Source: Oopsacas minuta
Lineage: Eukaryota > Animalia > Porifera
DNA length: 64,000 nucleotides
Direction: 5' to 3'
Assembly: GCA_024704765.1 (NCBI GenBank)
Contig: JAKMXF010000008.1
Coordinates: 50,935-114,934 of the forward strand
The translations under genes were made by a program, and so were the position numbers. Each line of letters starts with the position of its first letter. Positions within the stretch are counted from its first letter, which is position 1. The notes beneath the pieces are model-generated. The model did no database searches. It was not told the DNA's origin and worked only from the letters and a program-made list of their open reading frames with translations. Of this stretch, positions 24,411 to 35,900 are shown piece by piece.

Positions 24411-25786
24411 TTATTATATATGAGCTTGATTATCGATTAGTAAATTTATATTATTGATTCAAATAAGTTGGGGATGAAAATAACTGAAATAATGGACAAA
24501 GAGGAGTTAGTAATATGAGTTGTTATAATATATATCTGGTAATAACTGAGATTATCATCAAGTCAAACTGGAACTAAATTAATCGCACAAATTTCTATGG
24601 ATTCCAACTGCCTCAAAATATTATAGATATTGAATATCCATGGTACTATAATACAGTGCCTCAAAATATCATACAACAGCTCTATCATGCTTATTTCTTG
24701 AGATATGTGGTAATAACACATTTTAAGTCGGCCTTCTTGCGGACATATTTAACCATACTTATGAATTTAGATAAAGGGCCTAAATATCGCAGGATTAATG
24801 CAACATGCATTCCAAATTCGTAAGATATAATCTATATTTAGTATTTCTAAAGTCTTTAGAACTTTAGATTAGTTATAAGGTTATCGTTGTGGTTTCTAGA
24901 CGAAATCACTTAGATTATATTAACGAATGGTAAATCTTGCATAAAGTCAATATTTTAAATTCGTCACTATAATATCGTGTAACTATTGAGTATAGAGGTG
25001 GGGAATATCTAAAAGTAGTCTAGTAAATTATGCAATATTGATATCATATGTTGCTCAAGGTCATTTGTAAATGTGTAGCATCTATCAACTGCATCGAAAA
25101 TCTAAGAGAATCAAAAATATATATTATTGCTTAATCTAACTTGAATGAGAAGTTATCCGAAGGCCAAGTTCTAATCGTCATTCTAAAACAATAATTGGGG
25201 GTAAAAGAAGCAATAGAAAATTGAAAACATAACAAATACTTTGAGTAGTAGGGTAAGAGCCCGAAACATTTCGTCGAAATACAAAAGTCAACTTTTCGCA
25301 AAAGAAAATTCTTCCAGAGATAAAATTTCAGGAAAAATGCGAATTAATGCGCAGCAGAAAAAGCAACAACCACTGTATTGAAAATTTCGAGTAGGGCCGA
25401 GTTATGTTAATTTTTTTTGTGCAGGATCCGTTTATAGTACATATATACAATCCTAAACAAATCTAACTCCTAATCTAAATCCTCAAGTTAGTTAAGAATA
25501 CGGCTTTAGTCTTATAATCAGATGCTACTGATTTCCTAATTAGTACCTCCTTATTGTTCCATAAATTATTTTATTAGGCTCTTACAGCACAACGTTATGA
25601 GCACAGTTGCGTAGGATTTTGACCCGCAAGTAGCAATTGCAAATCAAGTAATATCAACATTTCATCCCTAGTCACATAGTATTCGTATTTATACATGTGT
25701 GACTTCCTGAATGCACACACTAACATTTACTTTATTTCTAGATTTCAACTTCAACACTTATATTTACTTTTGACATTTTTCATTAT

Positions 25787-28700
25787 GGATGCGACAGAGC
25801 ATGAAGCAATTCGTGGATACCTACAGACGAATATTATCCACCAGAAATCAAGAGTGGTCGCTACAGAAAGAAGAATTTTGTCAGAAAATGCAAGGGGATT
25901 TACTTTCAAGAGAATAAGCTAATGAAGGTATATTCTTGAATGATATCTTGATTTTTACTTATTTCCGGGACTTAATTAGAAATCTTGAGGCAACTACATA
26001 TCTGTGAGGAGGCAGATAAATAGTTGCCTCATTAAATTTGCGTACCATAGGGAGATGAGAAGGGCGAAAACACTAGGGGCTCCTCTGCCCTCCAATGTTA
26101 CCTACAACCTCTGAGTTTAACTAAAATAACTTGTAGATTTTCAGAAAGAAAAATGGCTGTGTGAAATACTTGGAGATTCCACTAGTCTCAGAAATTGAGA
26201 ACATTATCGGATTCTATCACAATGTCACTCATCCTGGAATCAACACTACCATTGATGGAATTCGAAACAAATATGATTGGAATGGCATATACAATGATGC
26301 TGGATTCTACGTGAGTACTAAATTACGTATTTCTTTCATATATGATTTTCCAAGAAAATGTGGCTGAGAACACAGACTTACTAACCCTCCCGGGATCCCT
26401 GGATGACAAATTTTGATAATCCAGGGAAATTTGCAAAAGGGGTTGGTAAGTCTGAGAACAACATGTAGTTTATAGTTTGAGGTTATTCACCTTGTATTTA
26501 TTCTACTGTATACAGCTTTAATTGTGCGATTGTAAAATTAATATTGTGCGATCTGATGATATTTAGTATACCGGTATACAATTTTATCATATGGAAATCT
26601 ATTTGTGCAGTACAACCAACCAACCAAGTATCTAACAACTAATGATCCTTGCGGTAGTTAGTAATCGGGATAGGTAGTGGGACTATTTCACATAAACATA
26701 TTTGCCAACCTGAGTGAAGAAAAAGCGGGACGGAATGCTAATTTAGCGGGACATCTGGGAAGTAGCAAATTACGTTAGACTGGACTACAAACTGACAATT
26801 AAATCATTTCCCGTTCTAGATCTGAACTTGCCATAACTGTCAAACCTCTGCTCCTCCTGAAGAACCACGGTGTCATTGTGGAATTGATCTCATATGCAAT
26901 ATGTCTCGCACTGTACTTGGATTTCAGCACATTCTTGTAATCGTGTACTACCTGAGTAAATTTGTAATTGCCCGACCACTCAAGACTAAAACTTCTAAAG
27001 AAATATTGGATTATTTACAGGAAATTTATCTCTCATTCGGTGTACCTAACATCCTCCAACATGATCAGGGAACAGAATTCTCAAGCAAGGTAACTCATAT
27101 TTTTACATACTTGAGATTAGTAATTGTAAATATACCAAAGAAATTATTCCCGATACACAATGCAACTTACTATATTGGATATACTTACGTAACATGTTGC
27201 ATTGTCAATTGTCAGCGTATTGCTTCAATATATACCCTGGTAGGAAATTGTGCGTCCTCATGGCTATATTTAGGAAACCGTGTGGAAAATTGGATTATAA
27301 TTTATGTTAAATACTAATAAATGAGAATTTCCGAATTGATGCTATAACCTTCGGATGGAAAATTTACTTTATTAATTGTTTTAACTTTCTAACTATTGTT
27401 GTACAAGACTAAATACGTGCGCGTAGTAGATTGTTATCGTTCTCTTATTTACATTCAAAATAGGAATTTCAAGAATTTCACAAAAAGATAAATGTCAACA
27501 CCAGAAGAACCACATCATACCACCCACAAAGTAACAAACTTGTTGAGTCACACAGCAAAATATTGAAAACGTGATTATTGATGCTAAATATAAATATATA
27601 TATATATATTATAAGCCTAACATACGTTTAATACACGTCGTTTATAATTAGATAGCTTTGAATTAATTTAACACTTTTACAAATAGAAAAATCAACAAGA
27701 TGCAATCTGAAGGGGACACTGAATGGACAGAGAAATTACAAACAGCAGTACTAGCAGCAAATACTCAAACCAAAATCTCTACAAGCTACACACCCTTTTA
27801 TCTCATGTTTGGGAGAGACTTTGATTCATCTAACCTTCTCAATCTTATCACTTCTCCAACTAACCCCGGATTATTAACCGAAGCTGATATCTCAGAGGCA
27901 GAAGTATCTGAAGATGAGAATATTCAAATGGATGCAAACGAACCACGCTCATTTGACTTTCCTATAATTGCTAACGAATGGATAGAAAATCTTTCTTCCA
28001 CACGTAAAGCTGACAGAATGAATGCTATTAAAAACATCAAAGCAGGTCAGAAAGTTCAAAAGAATACATATGACAGCAAAGTTAAACACAACAAGTAAGC
28101 AATAACGAAACACATTCTTGTTGTGATGTAATATATTGGAATTTCATACATCATCTCTTACTAAAATTAAATTAAATTCACTGACTGTTGTATAATCCGA
28201 TAAATATGAAATAATCTTGAATCGGAACTAATTTATTGTTTCCTCAATTATATGAATTCTTAAATTCCAAAACACTTACTTTTAGTTATATAATTAGCAA
28301 AATTACAAACTGTACATAATGGCACATTATAATTCTTTGGATATTTCTTTGTATAATCATTGTTTTAACTTTAGATTAGAATTTGTGGAAGGAGATGAAG
28401 TACTTGTACATAATATAAAGAAAGCCAAGCGACTCCCAGGAACAAAAGATGCAAAGAAATATTGGGACCATATACGATGGAGAAAGTTAAACCAAGCCAC
28501 CTAGTTGCTCGCAAAGACCCAGATAGCCAGACAACAAAATTACCAATCCACCTCTCAAGAAGATATCATTCTCGCATGAACGAAAAAAGGCAGGTTCGAA
28601 AGAAGACAGGCAAATCAAAGAAGCCCAAAAGATCTTGCAAATTCCCTTCTAGCGGTAAATATATAGCGAGACAATATTGTACTGAACTACAACTAATTGA

Positions 28701-30054
28701 CTCAGCCCATGATTAAGTACATATAAACTAGTTGTGTTCTGTATTAATTCGATTAATACGTAATAGCAATCCTACATTTCACATATTTATTATGTATTTA
28801 GATTCATTGGATAATATTTTGAACATGGATACCATGGAAGAAACATTTGAAACACTGCAACAACACTCCATCTATGAAAATATCGACTCTGAGCTACTTC
28901 AATTGAAACCTCGAATACTATCAGCCCTTGTCAATAACACCTACTTAACCCAACTACCCGTAAACTCGCTACAAAAGCTGCATCTCTAACTTCATTGAAT
29001 TTACTATATTCTTACCATCCACCCAATGAACTAAATTTTGAGATTAAGGAGAAACTTGCTGTATCAGCCGGTAGTTGGTACGCAGAATATCGTTCCTCCT
29101 ATCCTACTGAAATACCTGAAGAGACACGAAGAGATCTTGACTATCCAATTGCTGTTCTATTACCAGTAATAATTGAGTTAATATTCCCAACTGAGCAAGT
29201 TCATGAGATCATTGAAATACCAGAACAATCTATACAAATGCATCAGATCTTATCCCATATCCTAAATGGGGAGGAGAGTATAACAACATCGTGCAATCTA
29301 ACACCTGTTCTATCGACAATATATTGGCTATTCTTAGTTCGAATAAAGCAACCATCATAGACTCACTGAAGTTAATCGGAAGTACACATATTGAAGCTGA
29401 ATTCCACTACATATTCCAATTGGCCGCTAATTGTGAATTTGAGAAACTTCGAGAATATGTTGCTACTAAAATTGGACTTGAAGTTATTTATGATTCCTCA
29501 GGATTGATACGGTCTTATGATTTCTTTGGATCAGAGGGTAACATCATCAAATATTTACGAACAGAAGATTTGTGTAACGACAAATATTTCACTATCTTCC
29601 AATGCCACCAATGCACCAATATCTTCGAGACACAATCCATGATTAGTATTATAGGAGGCGTTAGTACAAACCTGGAACCATCTGTTAATCGAAGTCTCGT
29701 TCCTATTAAATGCAAGTCTTGTGGATCAACTACTGCTGTCTTAGAGAGGATATCTGGTCAATTCAAGTCAATAGCTGTCATGCTAACAATTGAAATCGGA
29801 CATCTACCCGAATTGCCAGACATTTTTGCAAGTGATATTGACAACACTTTACCATCAGTCATAACTAATGGGCACTTGATTACCAACTTGCTGGCTTTAG
29901 TATATTGAGTAATAGACACTTCTATTCAATCCTATACCAAAACGGGCAATTCTATAAATATGACGGAATGAGAGAACCAATTATCCAACTTTGGGACTGT
30001 GACACCTTCATCGGGTCACTCAATACTGTATTCTACATCTTTGCACTCTTCTGA
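25787..30054 (+). pseudogene. multi-exon Ginger integrase fused to a USP/peptidase C19-like domain, decayed
   Basis: Exons MDATEHEAIRGYL | YHNVTHPGIN...YDWNG | CHNC...GIDL...HDQGTEF | YHPQSNKLVE | SYTPFYLMFGR...YDSK | LGPYT | long last exon with SNTCSIDNIL, CHQC...CKSC, then (frameshift) HFYSILYQNGQFYKYDGM...LNTVFYI; donors at 25928, 26311, 27090, 27571, 28095, 28655. Confidence 0.8.
26373..26454. mobile_element. 82-bp MITE with 6-bp TSD
   Basis: TIRs CAGACTTACTAACCC and CAGACTTACCAACCC (reverse complement); AGAACA duplicated at 26367-26372 and 26455-26460. Confidence 0.75.
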
Positions 30055-30236
30055 CTAATTCTTATTGATTCACGACTCTTTCCATCATTCGAAAGCACTC
30101 AAAGGCAAGGTACATCGAACTTTGTGGGGACCTCTGCCCGAGGTTATTCAGGCAACGTAATCCCTATCATGGTGAGTCCAGATAATGGAAACGCGACCGG
30201 CAACAGACATCCCCAGTGGCGAATATCATCACTCTA

Positions 30237-30304
30237 CCATCTACGTATATTGCGAGAAAGGCAGCACAACTGACGAGTCTACGCCGAGACGAAATACAGC
30301 ATGG
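30237..30304 (+). ncRNA. type III hammerhead ribozyme fold
   Basis: Triplet ATA (30247-30249); stem I TTGCG/CACAA (one mismatch); core CTGACGA 30270-30276; stem II GTCT-ACGCCG-AGAC; GAAA 30291-30294; stem III GTA/TAC plus CCAT/ATGG. Confidence 0.7.
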
Positions 30305-30899
30305 AATCAGATACAAGCGAGTTTCTTATCTATTTTTATTTTTTAATCTCTCCTTGTCTGTGGCCGTTCGGGGTCCGTTAGCTCCTCACGTGTCTGTTAA
30401 TTACGATTTATTGTACGTATTCGTTTATGTTGTAGCTTAGAGTCAAATTTGGTGTGATCGCAATCACATTAAACTCGCTCCAACACTGACACATAAACAA
30501 GGTGAGGTTAACGTTAAACGTTTAGCGTTAGAGGTGGCTGTAAGGGGAAGGAAGAGGCCACCGCAGCTGACTTGTTTTGTTTATAGAAATCTAGTGTTTT
30601 CAGGAGTATGCAGCGTGTCAGAGGCTCGCGGTTTTCGCCTCAACTCTATATGTGTATCAACATTATACCAAGACTCTCGTAACAAATGCATAGTCTACGC
30701 TTGTCCAATAGATGAACATATTTCAGTGGTATATTCCTTAAAGCTTGTTAGGAAGTATAGAGAAATGGGCAAAGATGAACTCGCCTACAATTCGTACTTA
30801 AGATATTCCGAATATTCATTATCATGCTAATGCTTGTAAAATTTTTGTTATTTGATAGAATATATTGCAATATATAGATTGACATGTTAAAATATATTA

Positions 30900-33525
30900 C
30901 ACTACGTAACACAATTTTTGTTTGGCTTCAATATTTGATGTCCCCTTATGTTTTTTTGGGTCGCTGAATTCAAAAATCGTGTTAGTTTTTCCATATCATC
31001 AATGCTTTTTGACGTATTTACACTTTTTGCTTTTTCCGAACAAGTTGTGTTGTTCATTATATGCAAATTTACCTACAGCTCTTGTAATAGATTTAAACAC
31101 GTAGCGATGTGTTGATAAGTTAATTTGAACCTGAAAATCACTATAAAACAGTACATTGCTGATTACAAGTCCTAAAGAAAACAAAACGCACTCATGTTAG
31201 AGAGTTAAAATACTTCAAAAATGAACTGTTGAACGAGCTTTTCTTTTGTGACCAGAAATGTCTTCCCTTATCAAAAACCACATGTAATCGCCCATCATTG
31301 CACTGTCCCAGCGGCCCTGAAACCGTCTTTCCATTAGCTGAATATCTTGGTAAAATCTCTCGCCATGTTCCTTGCTGAAATCCCTAAATTTTCTTGAAAG
31401 AAGTCAAGATGAGAGCATAGAAAATGAAGTTTCAACGACATGCGATATCCCATCTTTTGGTGGCTTGTGATCAGAGTATTCACTATCTCTTCATAAGTAG
31501 GATCTTTGTTATTTCCTAAAAAGCCATTAACTACATCTCGAAATGCCTGCCATGCTCTTCTTTCTGTTTCGGTCATTTTATCCTCCACGGTTCTTGACTT
31601 TAACATGGTGGTAATTTGGGGGCCAACAAATATTCCTCCCTTTAGTTTATCATCTGATAATTTTGGAAACATTGCACGAATTTCTTGAAAAGATTCTCCT
31701 TCAAAATCCAAAGCTTTAACAAATTGCTCTACTAAACCCAGTTTTATATGAAGAGGTGATAGTAAAACTTTTTCCCGACCTACAAGTGGCTCTTTGATGA
31801 CATTGTACTTTCCTGGCATTAATTCTTTCTTGGCGGCCATTGAATCTTCTTGTAGTGCTCTCCATCAGCTCTGCTGTTCCACAAACAAAGAAAACATGAG
31901 TATTTGGTGTAACCACCCTGCAGTCCCAACAAAAATCCCAACATCTTAAAATCACCACAGAGCTGCCAGTTAAATTCAGCATAGTTTATTTTAAGCAGTA
32001 GTTGCTTGACATTTCATAGTCTTCTTTCATTTGTATTGAATAAGCAAGTGGAATTGACGAATATTTGTTGCCATTATGAAGTAAAACTCCTTTAAGACTT
32101 TTGGTGGAACTGTCAATAAAAAGTCGCCACTGAGAAGGGTCATGTTCAATTCCAACAGCATCAAACAAACCATTCACATCTTTGCAATAGCACAGTTCCT
32201 GTATTACATCAAAGTAAACAGAATAGTACAAGTACCTTTTCCTGTAAGCAGTTATTTTGCAATCATCACGCAGCAAATTCCACTCGCTTAATCTTGACGT
32301 CAATAGCTCTGCTGCAGATTTTGTTAGTTGCAGATCTCGTATTAAGTATCTAATTCTCTCTTAGAAGGATAATGACGATCTGCACTTGTTAATTGGAGAT
32401 ACTCCTCCTCAGCATCCGAAGTTTCACTTGATATCGAGTCTTCACATTCAGTATTAAACTCCAACTAAAATGACAAGACTAAAACATAAGATGCAGATTG
32501 TGGGTCACCCTTACAGCATATAAGCTAGCGTAGCCTTATATTATAAAACATAAAACTACTTACATTTGCTGGTGGTTTTGGAACTGGTAAAGTTTCACTA
32601 TGAGGAACAGGTGCAATGGATGATGGTATACTTGGATAAGTCAGTGCTCTTCTTCCCTTAACCTTGCGGTACTTAGCAATATTTACCATACCAAAGTAAC
32701 AATCATCATGATGGTTTTGTGGCTCTCTCCAAACTCTTGGAATAGCAAATGGTATAACTCTAGCGGAACCCCTCAACCAAGCTTCAAGATTAGATCGACA
32801 GCTGCCACAAATCACATGTGAGGCCCAGGCATTTTCCTGATCCCCAATGGACATCCCAATATACAGTCTATACGCTTCCCAATACTTAGCTTCTTTTGAT
32901 ATTTTATTTGAAACATGTTTGTCACCAACATAATATCCACAAACATAGCAAAATGAGTCAGGTGAATTCTTGCATTGTCTACTAGCCATTGCAATTTCTA
33001 AATTTTGAAAAACACTAACTTAACGTAAGAACAACCAGCAAGTTATTTCTGCCTCTCTGCGAAAGGCAGTTATACTTATGCTTATGCTAGCTGGTGGTAG
33101 CTTATAGTCTTAATATAAGTAAATACTTTCCAAGTGAAGGTATTGGATAGCAAATAAACTATACACAAGAACGAAATTTCTAAGTTTTGCAATCCTACCC
33201 CAGCCTGGAATTCTGATGCTGTTTAAGCTGTGCATTCGCAGACACTTTAAGTGCCTCCCAGAGCTTAAAAAGACAAGAGACAATGAAGGGAGTACAAAAT
33301 GTTTGTTATCTTTATTGTTATGGCACAAAAGATTTTGATTGTGATGTACATTTTTACTGGGTTGGCTAAGTGTGTAACCTGCTGATATAAATAAGCTTCC
33401 TGAAAGTTAACGATCGATGATAGAAAAAAACTAATTGCATTTTCGGAATCAGCGCCTCAAAATTATCCATAAACAATCAAAATATCAAGCCAAACAAAGA
33501 TTTCATAAAAATTTGTTACGTAGTG
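30900..33525 (-). mobile_element. Chapaev3 (CMC superfamily) DNA transposon nested in Ginger B
   Basis: Termini CACTACGTAAC(A) on both ends, 3-bp TWA TSD TTA (30897-30899 and 33526-33528). Confidence 0.88.
31150..32989 (-). pseudogene. Chapaev3 transposase pseudogene (one intron after PKPPAN)
   Basis: Chapa domain MASRQCKNSPDSFCYVCG...WREPQNHHDDCYF; WRLFIDSSTKSLKGVLLHNGN; PLHIKLGLVEQFVKAL; KLKGGIFVGPQI; MSLKLHFLCSHLDFF; frameshifts. Confidence 0.88.
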
Positions 33526-34279
33526 TTATTTATTATGAGTTAATAAATCCAATTATCAAATATCTACCACCTTCTATACAAGTAATATTATTATAAAATA
33601 TTTATATACACTGTCTATTTTTGGCATTTTGGATAATTATGCAGATTGTAAATTTGTAATACGTAGTGGGAACATAATTTACATGTTATCAAACAAATTC
33701 ACTACTTTCTAGAATCCAACTCTAAATTGACTTGTTTATTCAGTTATGTATAAGTATAGCAAGTCTAAAATTGAATTACATTACGTACATTTAGGGGTAT
33801 ATACGCAATGATAGTGCATGGAATTCGAAAAAGTCAAATGACAGAGAAGTAAGATTACTTTAGGGTCAAAATCCTACGACAATAATACATTTTGATGCAG
33901 GTCAAAATCCTACGCAACAGGCCTCATATTGTGGCATTGCCTTCGCAAAAAGATGCAGGACTCATTTTCATAAGTGAGAGAGCCTCGACCTATCACTTTT
34001 GTCCAAGTTTACTTCCCAAATATAATCCAAAAGTAAATCCTATTGGCCTTGGCCCGATTCCATTTATATATTTCTTTGGAAAACATCCCCGAGACTTCAT
34101 CTCTGCATTCTCTATTAACCGAATACTGCCGGAAAAATGTGTCATTTTATGACGTCAAAAGGCTGATGAAACCTCGATTTGGGTCCCGGAATTGGCTAAA
34201 ATAAAGCGGTAAAATAATCGTGTTTCTTTTCGTTACGAATGTAACACTTCCCCAGGATTTTTCCAATTTCACTCAGATT

Positions 34280-35900
34280 TTCTTGATCACTTTTGATTCA
34301 TCGAAGAATCACTTTTTCTTCCTGTCTTTAAATTAATTTCAATACCAAGATTGTTTGCTACCTCCTTTGCTTCAGACCATATTCTTTCACAATCAATTCT
34401 TAGATTTTGCACGTTGTATATCAGAATTCATATTACTAACTTCACTATCAACTGTAGCATTTCTTGCCTTGATGATACAGTTACAAGTATGAATAGGCGT
34501 TAAAATTTGGATCTGATTGATAACGTTAGGATTCAACGGAAGGACAAGACATATATAATAGCCCCATTCACTTCAGCTCTAGTTTTAGAAGATAAATACA
34601 GCTCCAAAAGTTCTTAAATACCTCTTCAATACCATTTAGGTTAGCTACAACGGCTTCGCACTACTTATTCTCTCTGACCATCTAGTCTCAGATTGACTAT
34701 GTAGGGATTCATTACGACAGTATTTTGGATAATTTTTCATCTTTTTGGACTGGTCTGAAATATAATATATAGATTGAATGCTGTCAAATATAGTAATTGC
34801 TTCTAAACAACACTCTGCGGAATGGGTGCCGCATAGATTCAAAGTGGGACAACCATAAGGTGATAAAATAGCAAACGAATTTACTTTAATTATATAGATT
34901 TGCATACCTTTGTATTTCCCCACCATGTTTGTACCATTATCACATCCCTGTCCTCGGCAGCCTGTTAACTTAATTTAATTTTCTTTCAAAGTAATTAATA
35001 TCAAACTGTATTCCGGATCCGGTTTTTCACTAAAATCTACAAACGTAAGCAATGTCTCTACTAATTCAATTTGATCATAATTTTATATGATATATCGAAT
35101 CATGAAAGCAGTTTGGTCATCATGAGAAGAATCAGGTGTTGGATCAACCATTATTATGGAAGAATATTTGCACTTGTCCTCATTAGTATACGAACAAACT
35201 ATTTTCTATAAATTGAGATGATTTAAATCTTAGTTCATGTTCTCTCCAAGACAAAGAATTATTTTTGTGATTGTGTCTCCTTTCATGCCCTGGAATTTTA
35301 TCACTTAATTCCTCCAATTTAACAGATGAAGGCCTTTCTTTTGAGAAGATAATGCGATGACTTGAAATCTACACCCTTACTAAATAGACATCATGGGAAG
35401 CTAAATTGTAAGTCTATTTTCCTGCTCTATACCAACCAATCTCTCTAAGTTATATCTCCATTATGAATTCTATACTTAAAATTGAAATTGGAAATGCTTG
35501 ATTACGACTATCTTCAAGAAACTTATCCAGTAAAGGGATATGACTGTCGAATACACACCTTTCATTAGTTTCATTCGTTAGTGTGGTAAATATTCTAATA
35601 GCGAGTCCACTAACGAGATCAGATATCTTCATTTGCAGAAGGCAGTGATATAATATTTGTTCGCAGTAATGTTTCTGTTGCTCGAATATCATCTTCAAAA
35701 TTCAGTGTTATCATTGGAAATATTGCAACTGCAAGTGACATTGACTTAGAGTCAACAGGTAAATTTTAAAGATTTGAAGAATCTGCGAATTGAGGCTTGA
35801 AAGATGTAATATCTATTTCAAATATCGAGATTGTGACTGTGACTGAGGTTACAGTGGTTTACCGTGTACAATTTCGAGGAAGGCCATAATGTATTTAGAG
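34280..35900 (-). mobile_element. hAT (Tip100/ZMYM-like) transposase relic
   Basis: Fragments YSSIIMVDPTPDSSHDDQTAFMIRY, MVGKYKGMQ...LNLCG.HSAECC, SLHSQSETRWSERI; heavily degraded. Confidence 0.72.

Larger units (their letters stand above)
20696..24678 (+). mobile_element. Ginger1-type DNA transposon A, complete (integrase + OTU)
   Basis: ~150-bp TIRs (20696-~20846 and ~24530-24678; ends TGGTGTATG / CATACAACA), perfect 4-bp TSD GCTC (20692-20695 and 24679-24682). Confidence 0.93.
25605..33919 (+). mobile_element. Ginger-type DNA transposon B (integrase + USP-like domain) with nested insertions
   Basis: Termini AGTTGCGTAGGATTTTGACCCGCA (25605) and TGTTGCGTAGGATTTTGACCTGCA (reverse complement, ending 33919); flanks GCAC/GGCC match at only 2 of 4 positions, so boundaries are less certain. 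Confidence 0.7.

Noticed and set aside
25240-25285. Minimal Penelope-type hammerhead (GGG-TAAGAG-CCC GAAAC...GTC)
   Set aside because: The CUGANGA core is absent and stem I does not pair.
30150-30230. HDV-like ribozyme (GGCAACA...GGCGAAT motif) just upstream of the hammerhead
   Set aside because: Only the P1.1/J4-2-like words match; I could not build consistent P1 and P3 helices or an L3 loop.
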